This document shows positions 8,148 through 18,167 of a stretch of DNA of 64,000 nt, piece by piece. This DNA is from Candidatus Levyibacteriota bacterium (GTDB lineage: Bacteria > Patescibacteriota > Microgenomatia > Levybacterales > UBA12049): positions 17,812 through 81,811 of the forward strand of contig JACPGQ010000008.1 in assembly GCA_016188975.1 (NCBI GenBank), written 5' to 3'. Every line of letters begins with the position of its first letter. Within the stretch, counting starts at the first letter, position 1. The translations under genes and the position numbers were made by a program. Below the pieces are notes generated by a model that saw only the letters and a program-made list of their open reading frames with translations, had not been told where the DNA came from and did no database searches.

Positions 8148-8374
8148 GGTATATACAAAGTATAGAGTGCGTTATGAAAAGAAACAACTCTTTCACTAAT
8201 CGGTAACCTTGCCAAAAATCATTCGAAAAAGTGAAGAGGATATCTATTTATTGCTCTTACTTGCAACAGGGATCTTTGCAGCCACAATTGTGACAAAGGA
8301 GAAATTTCAAATGTTTTTTTCAGTTTTCAATGAAAATTTAAACTTAATAACTGAGATCAGGCGGGCCTGCCCGT

Positions 8375-8465
8375 CCTAAATTGCAGCACGAGGCGTGAAC
8401 GAATAGTTCTGACCTGCCCGCTTCGCCTTGCGAAGCATGGCGGGCGGGAAAGCCGAGTGCTAAAA
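8375..8465. repeat. GC-rich palindromic repeat (CCTTGCGAAGCATGGCGGGCGG). A related inverted copy is at ~36615-36665.
   Basis: Contains a perfect hairpin (GCTTCGC-aag-GCGAAGC) flanked by CCCGCC/GGCGGG blocks. A roughly 20-nt core is shared with the mntH leader in opposite orientation. Confidence 0.4.
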
Positions 8466-8738
8466 TTAGGCGGGCCAAACTTGGCGAATTTCATTGCCCT
8501 GCTCATCAACTTCGATAATGATAATCGCATTGACAGGACAAGATTTTGCCGCATTCATGATGTTTACTTCCTCATCAGCAATATCAGAGTACGCAACAAA
8601 ATCTGATAAGGTACTTCCGTCTTTTTTCTTTACAACTGCCTTCCCCTCATTATCCAAGTCAAACGTATTTGGGGCTACCGCAACGCAAGACGCGGCACCG
8701 ATACAGGTATTTCGATCAACTTTTACTTTATAAGGCAT
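8466..8738 (-). CDS. 4Fe-4S ferredoxin
   Basis: CIGAASCVAVAP...SCPVNAI cysteine motifs. It lies between korAB and the suf genes. Confidence 0.7.
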   Translation of the reverse strand: MPYKVKVDRNTCIGAASCVAVAPNTFDLDNEGKAVVKKKDGSTLSDFVAYSDIADEEVNIMNAAKSCPVNAIIIIEVDEQGNEIRQVWPA

Positions 8739-8744
8739 ACGATG

Positions 8745-8810
8745 TTCTTCCTTTTAACCCTCTCCCTCAGGGAGAGGGAAGGTCCCGATGAATCGGGACC
8801 AGGGTGAGGG
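8745..8810 (-). repeat. Second copy of the GC-rich multi-hairpin intercistronic element
   Basis: An outer stem (ATAACCCTC/GAGGGTTAT) encloses the hairpins GTCCCGATTCATCGGGAC and CCCTCTCCCTGAGGGAGAGGG. Confidence 0.55.
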
Positions 8811-9209
8811 TTATCTCAAGCAGTCTTGCAACACTGCCCAGCCGAGTAAAGCGCACTTTCTTCTCGTCTCTGAAAGATCAATTCCAAGCAAATCTAGCAT
8901 ATTCTCCTGAGAAAATTTTGTCAACTCAGTTTTTTTCTTGTCTCTCACAAACTCTGTCAACATTGAGGTAGCTGCAATACTAATCGCACATCCATGTCCA
9001 ACAAACGTAATAGTATGTATCTTGCGCCCTTGGGGTGGACTCGAGGCTCCACCTGCGGAATTTTTCTCAAACCGTATGAACATTTCAATTTCATCACCAC
9101 AAAGGGGGTTGAGTTGTTTTGAGGAAACGTGATATGTTGCCAGCACCCCAAAATTCTGTGGGTTTTTGTAGTGATCTAGTATTTCTTCTTTATAGAGGTA
9201 GCTATCCAT
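8811..9209 (-). CDS. sufU: SUF-type Fe-S cluster scaffold protein (SufU/NifU-like)
   Basis: Three conserved Cys in the contexts NPLCGDE, GHGCAIS and RRKCA. Confidence 0.8.
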   Translation of the reverse strand: MDSYLYKEEILDHYKNPQNFGVLATYHVSSKQLNPLCGDEIEMFIRFEKNSAGGASSPPQGRKIHTITFVGHGCAISIAATSMLTEFVRDKKKTELTKFSQENMLDLLGIDLSETRRKCALLGWAVLQDCLR

Positions 9210-9213
9210 GACG

Positions 9214-9858
9214 TTATTCTAAGATGGTGATGCCGTTTGTCTCGTGTATAAAAAAATCGACGCCGTCTGACAATAGTTTAAAATACCCTGCATTGCTAAC
9301 GCGTACTTTCCTCGTCCTTGCAAATCCTGCATGAGTGAGAAACGCAGACATGAGACCTCCATGCGTCACGACCAATGCAGTTTTTCCAGCATATACAACA
9401 GCTATTTCCCGAACAAAAGTGATAAAGCGCGAGACGAGCTTCTCGTCACTTTCACCTCCTGGAATCAACGTATACCTAAATTTCTCATCATCTGACAATT
9501 TCTCATACTTCTCAAATATCTCCTTGAGCTCTTTACGAAGATCATCAGCTAGTCTCCCTTCATATTTTCCGTAATTATGCTCCCGAAGCAGCTGGGATGT
9601 ATCAACAGCGATCTTACGCTCAAGAGCAACGATCTCTGCAGTATGTTTGGCACGCAGAAGATCGGATGAAAACACTGCATCAAAATGTATTGCTAGAAGC
9701 GAGCGAGCTAACTGCCTGGCCTGTTCAAGTCCAAGGTCCGTGAGCGGAGAATCTTTATGTCCCTGGACCCTCCTTTGGACATTCCACTCAGTCTCTCCAT
9801 GGCGCGCCACGTACAATACACAATATTTAGTAGTTTGACGTTGGGTATGATTTATCAT
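9214..9858 (-). CDS. Histidine phosphatase family protein (phosphoglycerate mutase-like)
   Basis: RHGETEWN catalytic motif near the N-terminus and VVTHGG later. Confidence 0.65.
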   Translation of the reverse strand: MINHTQRQTTKYCVLYVARHGETEWNVQRRVQGHKDSPLTDLGLEQARQLARSLLAIHFDAVFSSDLLRAKHTAEIVALERKIAVDTSQLLREHNYGKYEGRLADDLRKELKEIFEKYEKLSDDEKFRYTLIPGGESDEKLVSRFITFVREIAVVYAGKTALVVTHGGLMSAFLTHAGFARTRKVRVSNAGYFKLLSDGVDFFIHETNGITILE

Positions 9859-9878
9859 AAATAATATATAAATATGTA

Positions 9879-11123
9879 TTAACGTACTGAAAAAACACGT
9901 TTCACATCTAAAATTCCTTTCAAAAATGCCTCTATATCCTCTTCATCATTATAAATGTTGAGACTTACCCGAACACTCGCTGGGACACCAAGTTTCTTGT
10001 GAAGTGGCAACGCACAATGGTGTCCAGCACGAACACAAATATTACTCTCTGCGAGAACTTGCGCTACATCATGAGCATGAATACCCGCTAAAGAAAACGA
10101 TATTACACCGCTCCGAACCGTCAAGTCAAGAGGCCCAAATACAATAACTCCCGAAATTGCACATAGTCTCTCAAGCAAATACTCAGTCAATCGCTTTTCA
10201 TGGGTACGAATTGTACCCATTCCAATTGCATTGAGGTAGTCTATTGCTGCGCCCAAACCAATGATTCCCTCAAGCGGCAAGGTTCCTGGTTCAAGTTTTT
10301 CCGGCACATTCTGAAGGGATGATTGAGAGAGAGTAACTTCTTTGATCATCTGACTTCCGTACAAAAGTGGATCTATAGTATTGAGTACATTTTCTCTTCC
10401 CCATATTACTCCCACCCCTGTAGGTGCTAACATTTTGTGACCAGAAAAAACCAAAAAATCACCTGCGCTATCCTGAACATCTACTTTCATATGAGGAACC
10501 GATTGAGCTGCATCGATAACAAGTACCGTGTCTTTTCGTTTTGTTACAAACTTGTTTCGTATTTTTTCAATACTGTTAATTGATCCAAGAACATTTGAAA
10601 CATGCGCAATCGAAATTACACTATAATTATTTGTACTAAGTGATTTATTTATGTTTCTTCCTGCCATAACTTTCTCAGTCACTATACCGCTTCTATCAAT
10701 TTCCAGGAAATCAAGTGGAGCGTTTTGTTGCGTTGTATAGTGTTGCCACGGAATAATATTTGAATGATGCTCCATTTCTGTAAGCAAAACGCCGCGGTTC
10801 TTGGAAAACGTTTTTCTGAGCGATGAAGCAAGGATATTAATCCCTTCTGTTGCACCATGGGTAAAGACAATTTCTTTCTCGTTTTTTGCATTGATAAATT
10901 GTGCCACTTTTTTCCGTACTTCTTCTACCCGCTCCGTAGCCTTCTCAGCGATTGCATAAATCCCTCGATGAATATTCGAATTGTATGATTCATAAAACTC
11001 TGAAACCGCATCAATTACGACTTGAGGTTTTTGACTTGTAGCTGCAGAGTCAAGATACACAAGAGGTTTACCATTCCTTTTTTTTCGAAAAATTGGAAAA
11101 TCTTTCTTATAGTTTCTCATCAC
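9879..11123 (-). CDS. sufS: Cysteine desulfurase SufS (class V aminotransferase fold)
   Basis: PLP-lysine context SGHKMLAPTGVG and active-site loop RAGHHCA. Confidence 0.85.
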   Translation of the reverse strand: MMRNYKKDFPIFRKKRNGKPLVYLDSAATSQKPQVVIDAVSEFYESYNSNIHRGIYAIAEKATERVEEVRKKVAQFINAKNEKEIVFTHGATEGINILASSLRKTFSKNRGVLLTEMEHHSNIIPWQHYTTQQNAPLDFLEIDRSGIVTEKVMAGRNINKSLSTNNYSVISIAHVSNVLGSINSIEKIRNKFVTKRKDTVLVIDAAQSVPHMKVDVQDSAGDFLVFSGHKMLAPTGVGVIWGRENVLNTIDPLLYGSQMIKEVTLSQSSLQNVPEKLEPGTLPLEGIIGLGAAIDYLNAIGMGTIRTHEKRLTEYLLERLCAISGVIVFGPLDLTVRSGVISFSLAGIHAHDVAQVLAESNICVRAGHHCALPLHKKLGVPASVRVSLNIYNDEEDIEAFLKGILDVKRVFSVR

Positions 11124-11144
11124 TCAATAAACGTGTCTGCTGTA

Positions 11145-11765
11145 TTATAAGGTACTATATGATACATATCCGCTACGCGATAATCTTTTCCTCATGATTT
11201 TTTGCTCAGCGTTTGATAAGAAAACCATCATTGTCTCAAAAAAACCAGAGACAATAAGCTCTATTGCTTGTTTTTCTGAAAGTCCTCTGCTTTGCAGATA
11301 AAATAGTTGCTCCTCATCAGGTTTCCCCACCGTTGATGCATGACCAGCCTTTAACTCATTCTCATCAATCTCAAGGGACGGCACACTTTTTCCCTTAGCA
11401 TCGTCAAAGAGCAGTACCTTTGAGGTAAAATACCCATCTGATCCCTTTGCTCCTTTCTGAATCGTGACTAATCCATCATTAGAAAAAGCAGATTTATCCC
11501 TAAAAACGCCACGGAGTATAGTAAGGCTTTTTGTTCTTGGAGCTTTATGAGTAATCTTTGTGTTGAATCCCAAAGTATTATTACCAGTTCCTAAAAACAG
11601 TCCTACAACGGTAACGCTTGCGCCTTCTCCCACCAATTCAACATCAACAATTACCTCGTTCTCTTTATCGTCAACCCAAATAAACGGGAGCATTCGTTTT
11701 TCATTTTTTTTGACTATAACTGATACGTGCTTCATCCATTTTCCAGACAAGGAGTATCCTTGCAA
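11145..11765 (-). CDS. sufD: Short SufD-like Fe-S assembly protein (C-terminal beta-helix core only)
   Basis: GHASTVGKPDEEQLFYLQSRGLSEKQAIELIVSGF is the SufB/SufD C-terminal signature. It is translationally coupled to sufB. Confidence 0.6.
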   Translation of the reverse strand: MQGYSLSGKWMKHVSVIVKKNEKRMLPFIWVDDKENEVIVDVELVGEGASVTVVGLFLGTGNNTLGFNTKITHKAPRTKSLTILRGVFRDKSAFSNDGLVTIQKGAKGSDGYFTSKVLLFDDAKGKSVPSLEIDENELKAGHASTVGKPDEEQLFYLQSRGLSEKQAIELIVSGFFETMMVFLSNAEQKIMRKRLSRSGYVSYSTL

Positions 11766-11767
11766 AG

Positions 11768-13159
11768 TTATCCAACAGACCCAGTCATCTCAAGCTGAAT
11801 TAACCTGTTTAGCTCAACCGCGTATTCCATTGGCAACTCCTTGACAATCGGCTCGACAAATCCGTTGACGATCATTACCTCAGCTTGTGTCTGGGGAATT
11901 CCTCGTGACTGAAAGTAAAACAATTGCTCTTCACCAATTTTTGAGACAGACGCTTCGTGCCCAATCGTAACTCTTTCTTCATCAATAAGCATCGTCGGAT
12001 AGGTATCAGAACGGCTTCTCTCATCAAGAATAAGGGCATCACACCTGACAGTTGACTTACTGTTTTTCGCGCCTTTGTGGATTTTTAACAACCCTCTGTA
12101 AGACGTCCTTCCACCATCTTTACTAATAGATTTTGACGTAATAGCAGAGCTTGTCTCTTGAGCCATATGAATTGCTTTTCCTCCTGCATCCTGATGCTGC
12201 CCGGATCCAGCAAAAGCAAGTGATAGAACCTCCCCTTTTGCTTTTCTTCCTTTGAGGTAGACTGAGGGGTACTTCATCGTCAATTGGCTCCCTAAATTTC
12301 CATCAATCCATTCGCCTATTCCTTCCTCCTCAACAAACATTCGTTTGGTGACTAAGTTGTAGACGTTCTTACTCCAGTTTTGAATCGTGGTATATCTGAC
12401 TCTCGCCCCTTTCTTGACAATTATTTCAACAACTGCTGCATGGAGTGAGTCAGTCGTAAAAATCGGAGCAGTACATCCTTCAACATAATGGACATATGAT
12501 CCCTCATCAGCAATGATCAACGTCCGTTCAAACTGCCCCATATTCCGGGCATTTATTCTGAAATATGCTTGAAGTGGAAGGTCAACGCGTACGCCTTTTG
12601 GTACATAAACAAATGACCCACCCGACCAGACCGCAGTATTCAGCGCGGCAAATTTATTATCAGCAGCAGGAATTACCGTCCCAAAGTTTCGTTGTAAAAG
12701 CTCAGGATACTTCTTCACTGCTGTATCTGTATCCACAAAAATGACACCTTTTTTGGCAAGCATTTTTGAGATGCTGTGATAGATGACCTCTGAATCATAT
12801 TGTGCGCCAACACCTGCAAGAAATTTCCTCTCTGCTTCCGGAATGCCGATTTTATCAAATGTCGTCTTTATTTCTGCGGGCACTTCATCCCACGACCGTC
12901 CCTTCTTATCTGTCGGCCTTACGTAGTAGTAGATATCATCAAAGTTAATTCGAGAGAGGTCTCCTCCCCAACTCGGCATTTGTTTACTGAAAAAAAGCTT
13001 CAGCGCTAAAAGCCTTTTTTGCAACATCCATTCAGGCTCCTGTTTTATTCCTGATATCACCCGAACAATTTTTTCATTAATTCCTTTCGGAGTGGAATAT
13101 ACAGGCTTGATGCTGTCGAAAAATCCAAACTTGTACTCTGAGGGATCAAACTGCTGCAT
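11768..13159 (-). CDS. sufB: Fe-S cluster assembly protein SufB
   Basis: 463 aa. [35 protein letters not shown] and other SufB blocks are present. Confidence 0.85.
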   Translation of the reverse strand: MQQFDPSEYKFGFFDSIKPVYSTPKGINEKIVRVISGIKQEPEWMLQKRLLALKLFFSKQMPSWGGDLSRINFDDIYYYVRPTDKKGRSWDEVPAEIKTTFDKIGIPEAERKFLAGVGAQYDSEVIYHSISKMLAKKGVIFVDTDTAVKKYPELLQRNFGTVIPAADNKFAALNTAVWSGGSFVYVPKGVRVDLPLQAYFRINARNMGQFERTLIIADEGSYVHYVEGCTAPIFTTDSLHAAVVEIIVKKGARVRYTTIQNWSKNVYNLVTKRMFVEEEGIGEWIDGNLGSQLTMKYPSVYLKGRKAKGEVLSLAFAGSGQHQDAGGKAIHMAQETSSAITSKSISKDGGRTSYRGLLKIHKGAKNSKSTVRCDALILDERSRSDTYPTMLIDEERVTIGHEASVSKIGEEQLFYFQSRGIPQTQAEVMIVNGFVEPIVKELPMEYAVELNRLIQLEMTGSVG

Positions 13160-13880
13160 ACCCCTCCTTTTCGATAAGACGTACCAGCTTCATTCCCCCT
13201 GTCTTCTTGGTTTTCCCATCGATGAGCATGTGGACTTTATTAGGCTTGAGAAAGTGTAATATTCTCTGATAGTGTGTTATCAGCAAAATGCCTGTTTTTT
13301 GTTCTTCCGCTACGTGCTCTATTGCACCCGCAACAAGCTTCAAACTATCAACGTCAAGCCCTGAATCAATTTCATCAAGAATGGCAAATTTCGGTCTCAG
13401 CAGAAGCATCTGCGCTACCTCAGCTCGTTTTCGTTCTCCTCCTGAAAATCCTTCATTGACGGATCTGTGCATAAATGATTCATCAAGTCCGACAATTCCC
13501 AGAGCATCTAGAACTTTTTCTTTAAATGTAGAGAGCGGAATTTTCTCATCAGGTCTAAGTGATTTCGAGGCTGTCCGCAAAAATGCAAGAAACGATACAC
13601 CTGTAATCTCCACCGGATTTTGAAATGATACGAACAAACCTGCTCTTGCTCTCTCCTCAGGGAGTAACGTAAACATGTCATTTGCTCCAATTTTGAATTT
13701 TGAATTTTGAATTTTTACTTTATAACCGGGGTGTCCCATCAGACTCATCACGAGCGATGTTTTTCCGGATCCATTTGGTCCCATAACTACATGAATCTCC
13801 CCGGGTTTAATTGCTAAATCAACACCATGCAAAATTTCTTTTCCTTCAATTCCGGCGACTAAATTTTTAACAATCAGCAT
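13146..13880 (-). CDS. sufC: Fe-S cluster assembly ATPase SufC
   Basis: Walker [10 protein letters not shown] and ABC signature FSGGERKR. Confidence 0.85.
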   Translation of the reverse strand: MLIVKNLVAGIEGKEILHGVDLAIKPGEIHVVMGPNGSGKTSLVMSLMGHPGYKVKIQNSKFKIGANDMFTLLPEERARAGLFVSFQNPVEITGVSFLAFLRTASKSLRPDEKIPLSTFKEKVLDALGIVGLDESFMHRSVNEGFSGGERKRAEVAQMLLLRPKFAILDEIDSGLDVDSLKLVAGAIEHVAEEQKTGILLITHYQRILHFLKPNKVHMLIDGKTKKTGGMKLVRLIEKEGYAAV

Positions 13881-13921
13881 ACATGTAACATTAAAACTAT
13901 TTAAATAGTTTTAAAAGAATA

Positions 13922-14338
13922 CTATCGTTTCTGTTGCATAAAGTCCTCAACTGACATAGCTGCAATTTTTTCTAAAAATTCTCCATTCAGTTTTCGCCAG
14001 ATTTTTCCTGTCTCACAAAACGCAGTCTTCTCACACGTCCCAGTCTTTTCTCCAATTGGACAGCAAGGAAGAAAGGGGTGTGGTGAAAAAACATGAAGAA
14101 TGTGACCAATTTTTACATTCTTGGGGTCTTTTGTGAGAAAGTATCCTCCGCGTTTTCCTTCGACTGCATCAATAACGCCAGCTTTTTTCAACTGACTAGC
14201 AAGATTCCGTAAAAAAAGTAATGAGATGTGATGCTTTTTGGCAACTTCTGAGAGAGGAAGCAAACGCTTTTTGTAGGAGTTTGCAAGAGAATGAATCAGG
14301 ATAAACGCATAGTCTTCACTGCGGGAAAAACGAATCAT
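13922..14338 (-). CDS. Rrf2-family transcriptional regulator (IscR/SufR-like) with a Cys cluster
   Basis: The N-terminal wHTH is typical of Rrf2. The Cys cluster is CCPIGEKTGTCEKTAFCE. It lies at the head of the suf operon. Confidence 0.7.
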   Translation of the reverse strand: MIRFSRSEDYAFILIHSLANSYKKRLLPLSEVAKKHHISLLFLRNLASQLKKAGVIDAVEGKRGGYFLTKDPKNVKIGHILHVFSPHPFLPCCPIGEKTGTCEKTAFCETGKIWRKLNGEFLEKIAAMSVEDFMQQKR

Positions 14339-14414
14339 ACACTAGTTTAGTATGAGTTTAAAGAAATTGCCACCATCTGTCAACGACGGTTTCGAAGACA
14401 ACCCGGAGAGGTTA

Positions 14415-15998
14415 TTATTCGCCAGTATAGCGACTGAGTTTATAGACTTTAACAACTGACACTCTCCACTCATCGACAATTTCTGCTCTACCAAAACCAG
14501 CTACCTCCCACAGTGAATTTCCCAAAGGCTTGCAACTTGTATCCTCACAAATAATAAGCAGTTGATCAGTGACGGTCTTTCGCATAGGGTCAATTGTTTC
14601 GTTTTCAATAGTTACAGGTGGCCTACCGGCAAGCTCAAAAAAATACCGATATGCATGGTCTGAGTTTCCTTTTGTGAGAAGGGCAAAATTAAAAGGCTTC
14701 CCTCCTGCTTTTTCCATGACAAACTCTGCGATCATTTTTACCTGATCTTTCTGCCTATTTGGTGATGATAGAAACGGTGCCCCCTTGAGGTTGAAAAAAA
14801 GAAGCCAAGAAAAAGCAAATAGCCCAAGGACAACTCCAATTATATTTAGTCTCTTACTCTTTACAATTGTTGCAAGTGCGTTACCGAGAAGGAGAAATGG
14901 TGCAGGAAACATAAAACCAAAATAATAATCATGAATCGGCTTCTTATAAAAGCCGAAAAGAATAATTCCGAGAAAAAACCACAGTGCGATAAGTGAATAT
15001 TGCAGTATCTTTTTCTCGTCTTTTTTCGTGTAATACTTGTAGAATTGCCAAGCAAAAATACCAGTGCTCACAATTGCAAGTATTACTGTTGCGTAATACC
15101 ACAGTGCAATACCTTGATTTGTTTGTACCGAAACTTGCTCCGGCGGAGGAAAACGGGTAATAAGCCTCCCAAAAAGCCTGAAAAAAACATTTCCCAAGAC
15201 ATCTTGAAACGCCATCCCAGTCTTATAACTTGATGAAAATGTATTGGTGAAAATAAAATTTAGTATTGTTCGGAAATTTGGAAAACCATGCCTGACCTCA
15301 AATGCTAGAAACGGTGAAAATCCGATGAGGAAACCAATAGACATCCTTGACAGAGGATGGAGCATGCTCGGAAACACTCTCTTCCTGGCTCTCATCCAAT
15401 GAGCTATGAAAAGATAGATCAGGACAATGACTCCCAAAAATGTCGCGAGGTAATGAAGTTGCATCGTGATGCCGAAAAGAACACCAATCAGGATGTATAA
15501 TCTCCGTTTTTCCTCAGCAACAGCTTTGTAAAGAAGGAAGAGCACGACGAGAGAGAAAAATGGCATTGGGTTTGGGTTCCAAGACGATCTTGAATAAGCG
15601 ATAACAACGGGTGAAACGGAGTAAAGTGCTGCAGCAAAAAGTGAAGCGGTTGACCCAAAAAATTGTTTTCCTACAAAATAGATGAGCCACACTGTAACTG
15701 TGCCGATAATCCCGATCATGATTGCTGGGCCAATAGGATCAAAATTCCATAGCCATAAAAAAGGGGCCATGAAATAGTAATAAATAGGACCGAGGAAAAA
15801 ATCACCTGCCGAAGCCCGGGGACCAAGGAGTGTCAAATCACCGAGTAAAATATTTCTGACGACGAGGACGTCTCTCCCTTCATCACCCAAAAACGTGAGG
15901 TAGTCGCCGATTCTATACAACCTCAGAAAGCCTGCACCACAGACGACGAGAAAAACAAAAAGTGACTCAAGTGAAAGCAGTCTGCGGAAAAATTTCAT
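14415..15998 (-). CDS. Polytopic membrane glycosyltransferase, GT39/PMT/ArnT-like
   Basis: More than ten predicted TM helices, with the first loop reading LGDEGRD (the DE-type motif of PMT/ArnT-family transferases). I prefer the start at MKFFRRLL (15998) over the longest-ORF start at 16067. Confidence 0.5.
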   Translation of the reverse strand: MKFFRRLLSLESLFVFLVVCGAGFLRLYRIGDYLTFLGDEGRDVLVVRNILLGDLTLLGPRASAGDFFLGPIYYYFMAPFLWLWNFDPIGPAIMIGIIGTVTVWLIYFVGKQFFGSTASLFAAALYSVSPVVIAYSRSSWNPNPMPFFSLVVLFLLYKAVAEEKRRLYILIGVLFGITMQLHYLATFLGVIVLIYLFIAHWMRARKRVFPSMLHPLSRMSIGFLIGFSPFLAFEVRHGFPNFRTILNFIFTNTFSSSYKTGMAFQDVLGNVFFRLFGRLITRFPPPEQVSVQTNQGIALWYYATVILAIVSTGIFAWQFYKYYTKKDEKKILQYSLIALWFFLGIILFGFYKKPIHDYYFGFMFPAPFLLLGNALATIVKSKRLNIIGVVLGLFAFSWLLFFNLKGAPFLSSPNRQKDQVKMIAEFVMEKAGGKPFNFALLTKGNSDHAYRYFFELAGRPPVTIENETIDPMRKTVTDQLLIICEDTSCKPLGNSLWEVAGFGRAEIVDEWRVSVVKVYKLSRYTGE

Positions 15999-16012
15999 AC
16001 ATACTCTCGGCG

Positions 16013-17149
16013 CTATACTTTTCTCTTCTTCCGCCAGATTATTTTTCGATACATGGTAAAATTCCACATGAGCAGGAAAAATGTACCAGCCAGGAAGTAG
16101 ATTCTGTAATACTGTTCACCATAGAGCATATCACCAATTTGTATCGTTCCTGACTGAATAAAAATCACACCTGTATTTGATGTTGCAAAAAAACCGATCA
16201 TCTTCTTTAAGTAAGAAAAAATACTTGTCGACTTCTGAGCTTTGAACGTCCAAACATTATTGAAGTTAAAGTTTGAGAAAATTGCAGTCTGAGCTGCAAA
16301 AATGTTTGCGAGGGCTATTGGTAAATCCGTATTGCGGACGAGAATCTCGTAGAAAACTGCGTTCAAAATAAAACCAAAACCACCAACAATTAAAAATTTA
16401 GGAAATGAGCTATGTAAAACTTCTCTCGTACGCGCAGTAAAAATATACTTGAGCAAATTAAAAATATACTCTTTAGGAGCTATTTTCGAGTTCCCCAGCG
16501 TTCTGTCTGAGAAATGAAAAGGAACCTCTGCTACAGTATATCCGTCTTGTACCGACTTGTGGAGAAATGAGACCTGGAAGGTATATCCCCGGAATTCCGT
16601 AAGCCTGTCTTTCTCTTTGAGGAAGACGTCTTTTTTTATCGCCCTATAGCCACCTGTCCAATCATGTATTGAAAATCGACCGAGTACTGTTCTTACCAAC
16701 AGATTACCGAAAATCGAGTACGCTTTACGAATGAGCGGCCAGTTAGACGGCACAGAGCCTCCACCACTATAGCGAGTTCCAATCACGACGTCATACCCGT
16801 CATCAATTTTTTTTAAAAATTCAGGAATTTTTTTTGGGTCATGCTGTCCGTCTGCATCAAACTCAAACATGACATCTGCCTGCATTTTCTCAACGGCGTA
16901 CGTCATGCCTCTAATGTATGCAGCACCCAATCCATGTTTCTCTCCCTGCACGATGTCAATATTTTTCCATTCCTTCATCATTTTTTTCACCTCTTCTGCA
17001 GTCCCGTCTGGAGAGTTATCATCAGCAACTAAAATTGCCAGAGAATAATTGGTGATTTGTGGAACTATATCTTTCTCAAGTGTCTTGATAATAGGCTCAA
17101 TATTTCCTTTTTCGTTATAGGTAGGAATGATAATAACTACTTTTTTCAT
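16013..17149 (-). CDS. GT2 polyprenyl-phosphate sugar synthase (Dpm1/GtrB-like) fused to a C-terminal GtrA-like TM domain
   Basis: IIIPTYNEKGNI...VADDNSPDGT is a GT-A fold with DxD. The C-terminal four TM helices are GtrA-like. Confidence 0.65.
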   Translation of the reverse strand: MKKVVIIIPTYNEKGNIEPIIKTLEKDIVPQITNYSLAILVADDNSPDGTAEEVKKMMKEWKNIDIVQGEKHGLGAAYIRGMTYAVEKMQADVMFEFDADGQHDPKKIPEFLKKIDDGYDVVIGTRYSGGGSVPSNWPLIRKAYSIFGNLLVRTVLGRFSIHDWTGGYRAIKKDVFLKEKDRLTEFRGYTFQVSFLHKSVQDGYTVAEVPFHFSDRTLGNSKIAPKEYIFNLLKYIFTARTREVLHSSFPKFLIVGGFGFILNAVFYEILVRNTDLPIALANIFAAQTAIFSNFNFNNVWTFKAQKSTSIFSYLKKMIGFFATSNTGVIFIQSGTIQIGDMLYGEQYYRIYFLAGTFFLLMWNFTMYRKIIWRKKRKV

Positions 17150-18108
17150 ACCGTCTTAAAATATTCGATTGTTTTATCAATACCCTCTTCGACTGACACC
17201 TTAGGACTCCACCCAAGCTGCGTTTTTGCTTTCATAATATCCGGGTTTCGACGCTTTGGATCATCCTCCGGAAGATCCATATTCTCAATGGCAAGAGAAG
17301 GATCAATCTTCTTCTTGATAAGCTCAGCGATGTCTTGTATTGTTCGTTCATCCGTATTTCCTAGGTTAAAAACATGCCCGCTACTTCCAACTGTGAACAT
17401 CGCGCGAACAAGTCCATCTACCATGTCATGAACGTAACAAAAGCTTCTCGTCTGCAACCCATCCCCATAAACGGTAAGCGCTTGATGAGCGAGAGCTTGA
17501 TTAATAAAATTTGAGACTACTCTCCCATCATCTTTTTGCATTGACGGACCATAGGTATTAAAAATTCTAATAACCCTGGCATCGAGTCCATACTTTCGTA
17601 TAAACCCAAACGTCATTGCCTCGCCGAAGCGTTTTCCCTCATCATAGACGGAGCGCGGTCCGTTTGGATTGACGTTTCCAAAATATGTTTCTTTTTGCGG
17701 AGACTGTTCAGGATCCCCATATACTTCTGAAGAAGAGGTATACAGAAATGACGCACCGTGGTCTTTTGCCAAAAGCAGCATATGATACGTACCGACGCTA
17801 TTAACGAGTAGCGTTTCTATAGGATATGCGATGTAGCTTTTTGGGCTGTTTTTGTTTGGAGAAGCTGGGGATGCAAGGTGAAAAATATGATCTATCTTTT
17901 CTTCTCCGTACACGTTTGTATCATATGGAGAAGTGACATCACGTTCTAAAAAACGAAAAGAGGAGTCAGCCTCTAAGTCAGCAATATTTTCTCTTTGGCC
18001 GGTAAGGAGATTATCAACGCAAATCACACTATTGCCATCTTTAAGGAGACGGCGGGATAGATGTGAACCAATAAAACCAGCACCTCCTGTAATAAGGATT
18101 CTTGCCAT
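17146..18108 (-). CDS. uxs: UDP-glucuronate decarboxylase (UDP-xylose synthase)-like SDR
   Basis: ILITGGAGFIGSHL, YDEGKRFGEAMTF and RIFNTYGP match UXS-type extended SDRs. Confidence 0.65.
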   Translation of the reverse strand: MARILITGGAGFIGSHLSRRLLKDGNSVICVDNLLTGQRENIADLEADSSFRFLERDVTSPYDTNVYGEEKIDHIFHLASPASPNKNSPKSYIAYPIETLLVNSVGTYHMLLLAKDHGASFLYTSSSEVYGDPEQSPQKETYFGNVNPNGPRSVYDEGKRFGEAMTFGFIRKYGLDARVIRIFNTYGPSMQKDDGRVVSNFINQALAHQALTVYGDGLQTRSFCYVHDMVDGLVRAMFTVGSSGHVFNLGNTDERTIQDIAELIKKKIDPSLAIENMDLPEDDPKRRNPDIMKAKTQLGWSPKVSVEEGIDKTIEYFKTV

Positions 18109-18167
18109 ATTTCTATCTTATATGAAATCGGTAAAATGAGAAAGTCATGTATGAAGAATACCGAGGA

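Noticed and set aside
8357-8554. 65-aa Arg-rich ORF on the minus strand
   Set aside because: It spans the GC-rich palindromic repeat and overlaps the ferredoxin gene end. Its composition reflects the repeat, not coding.
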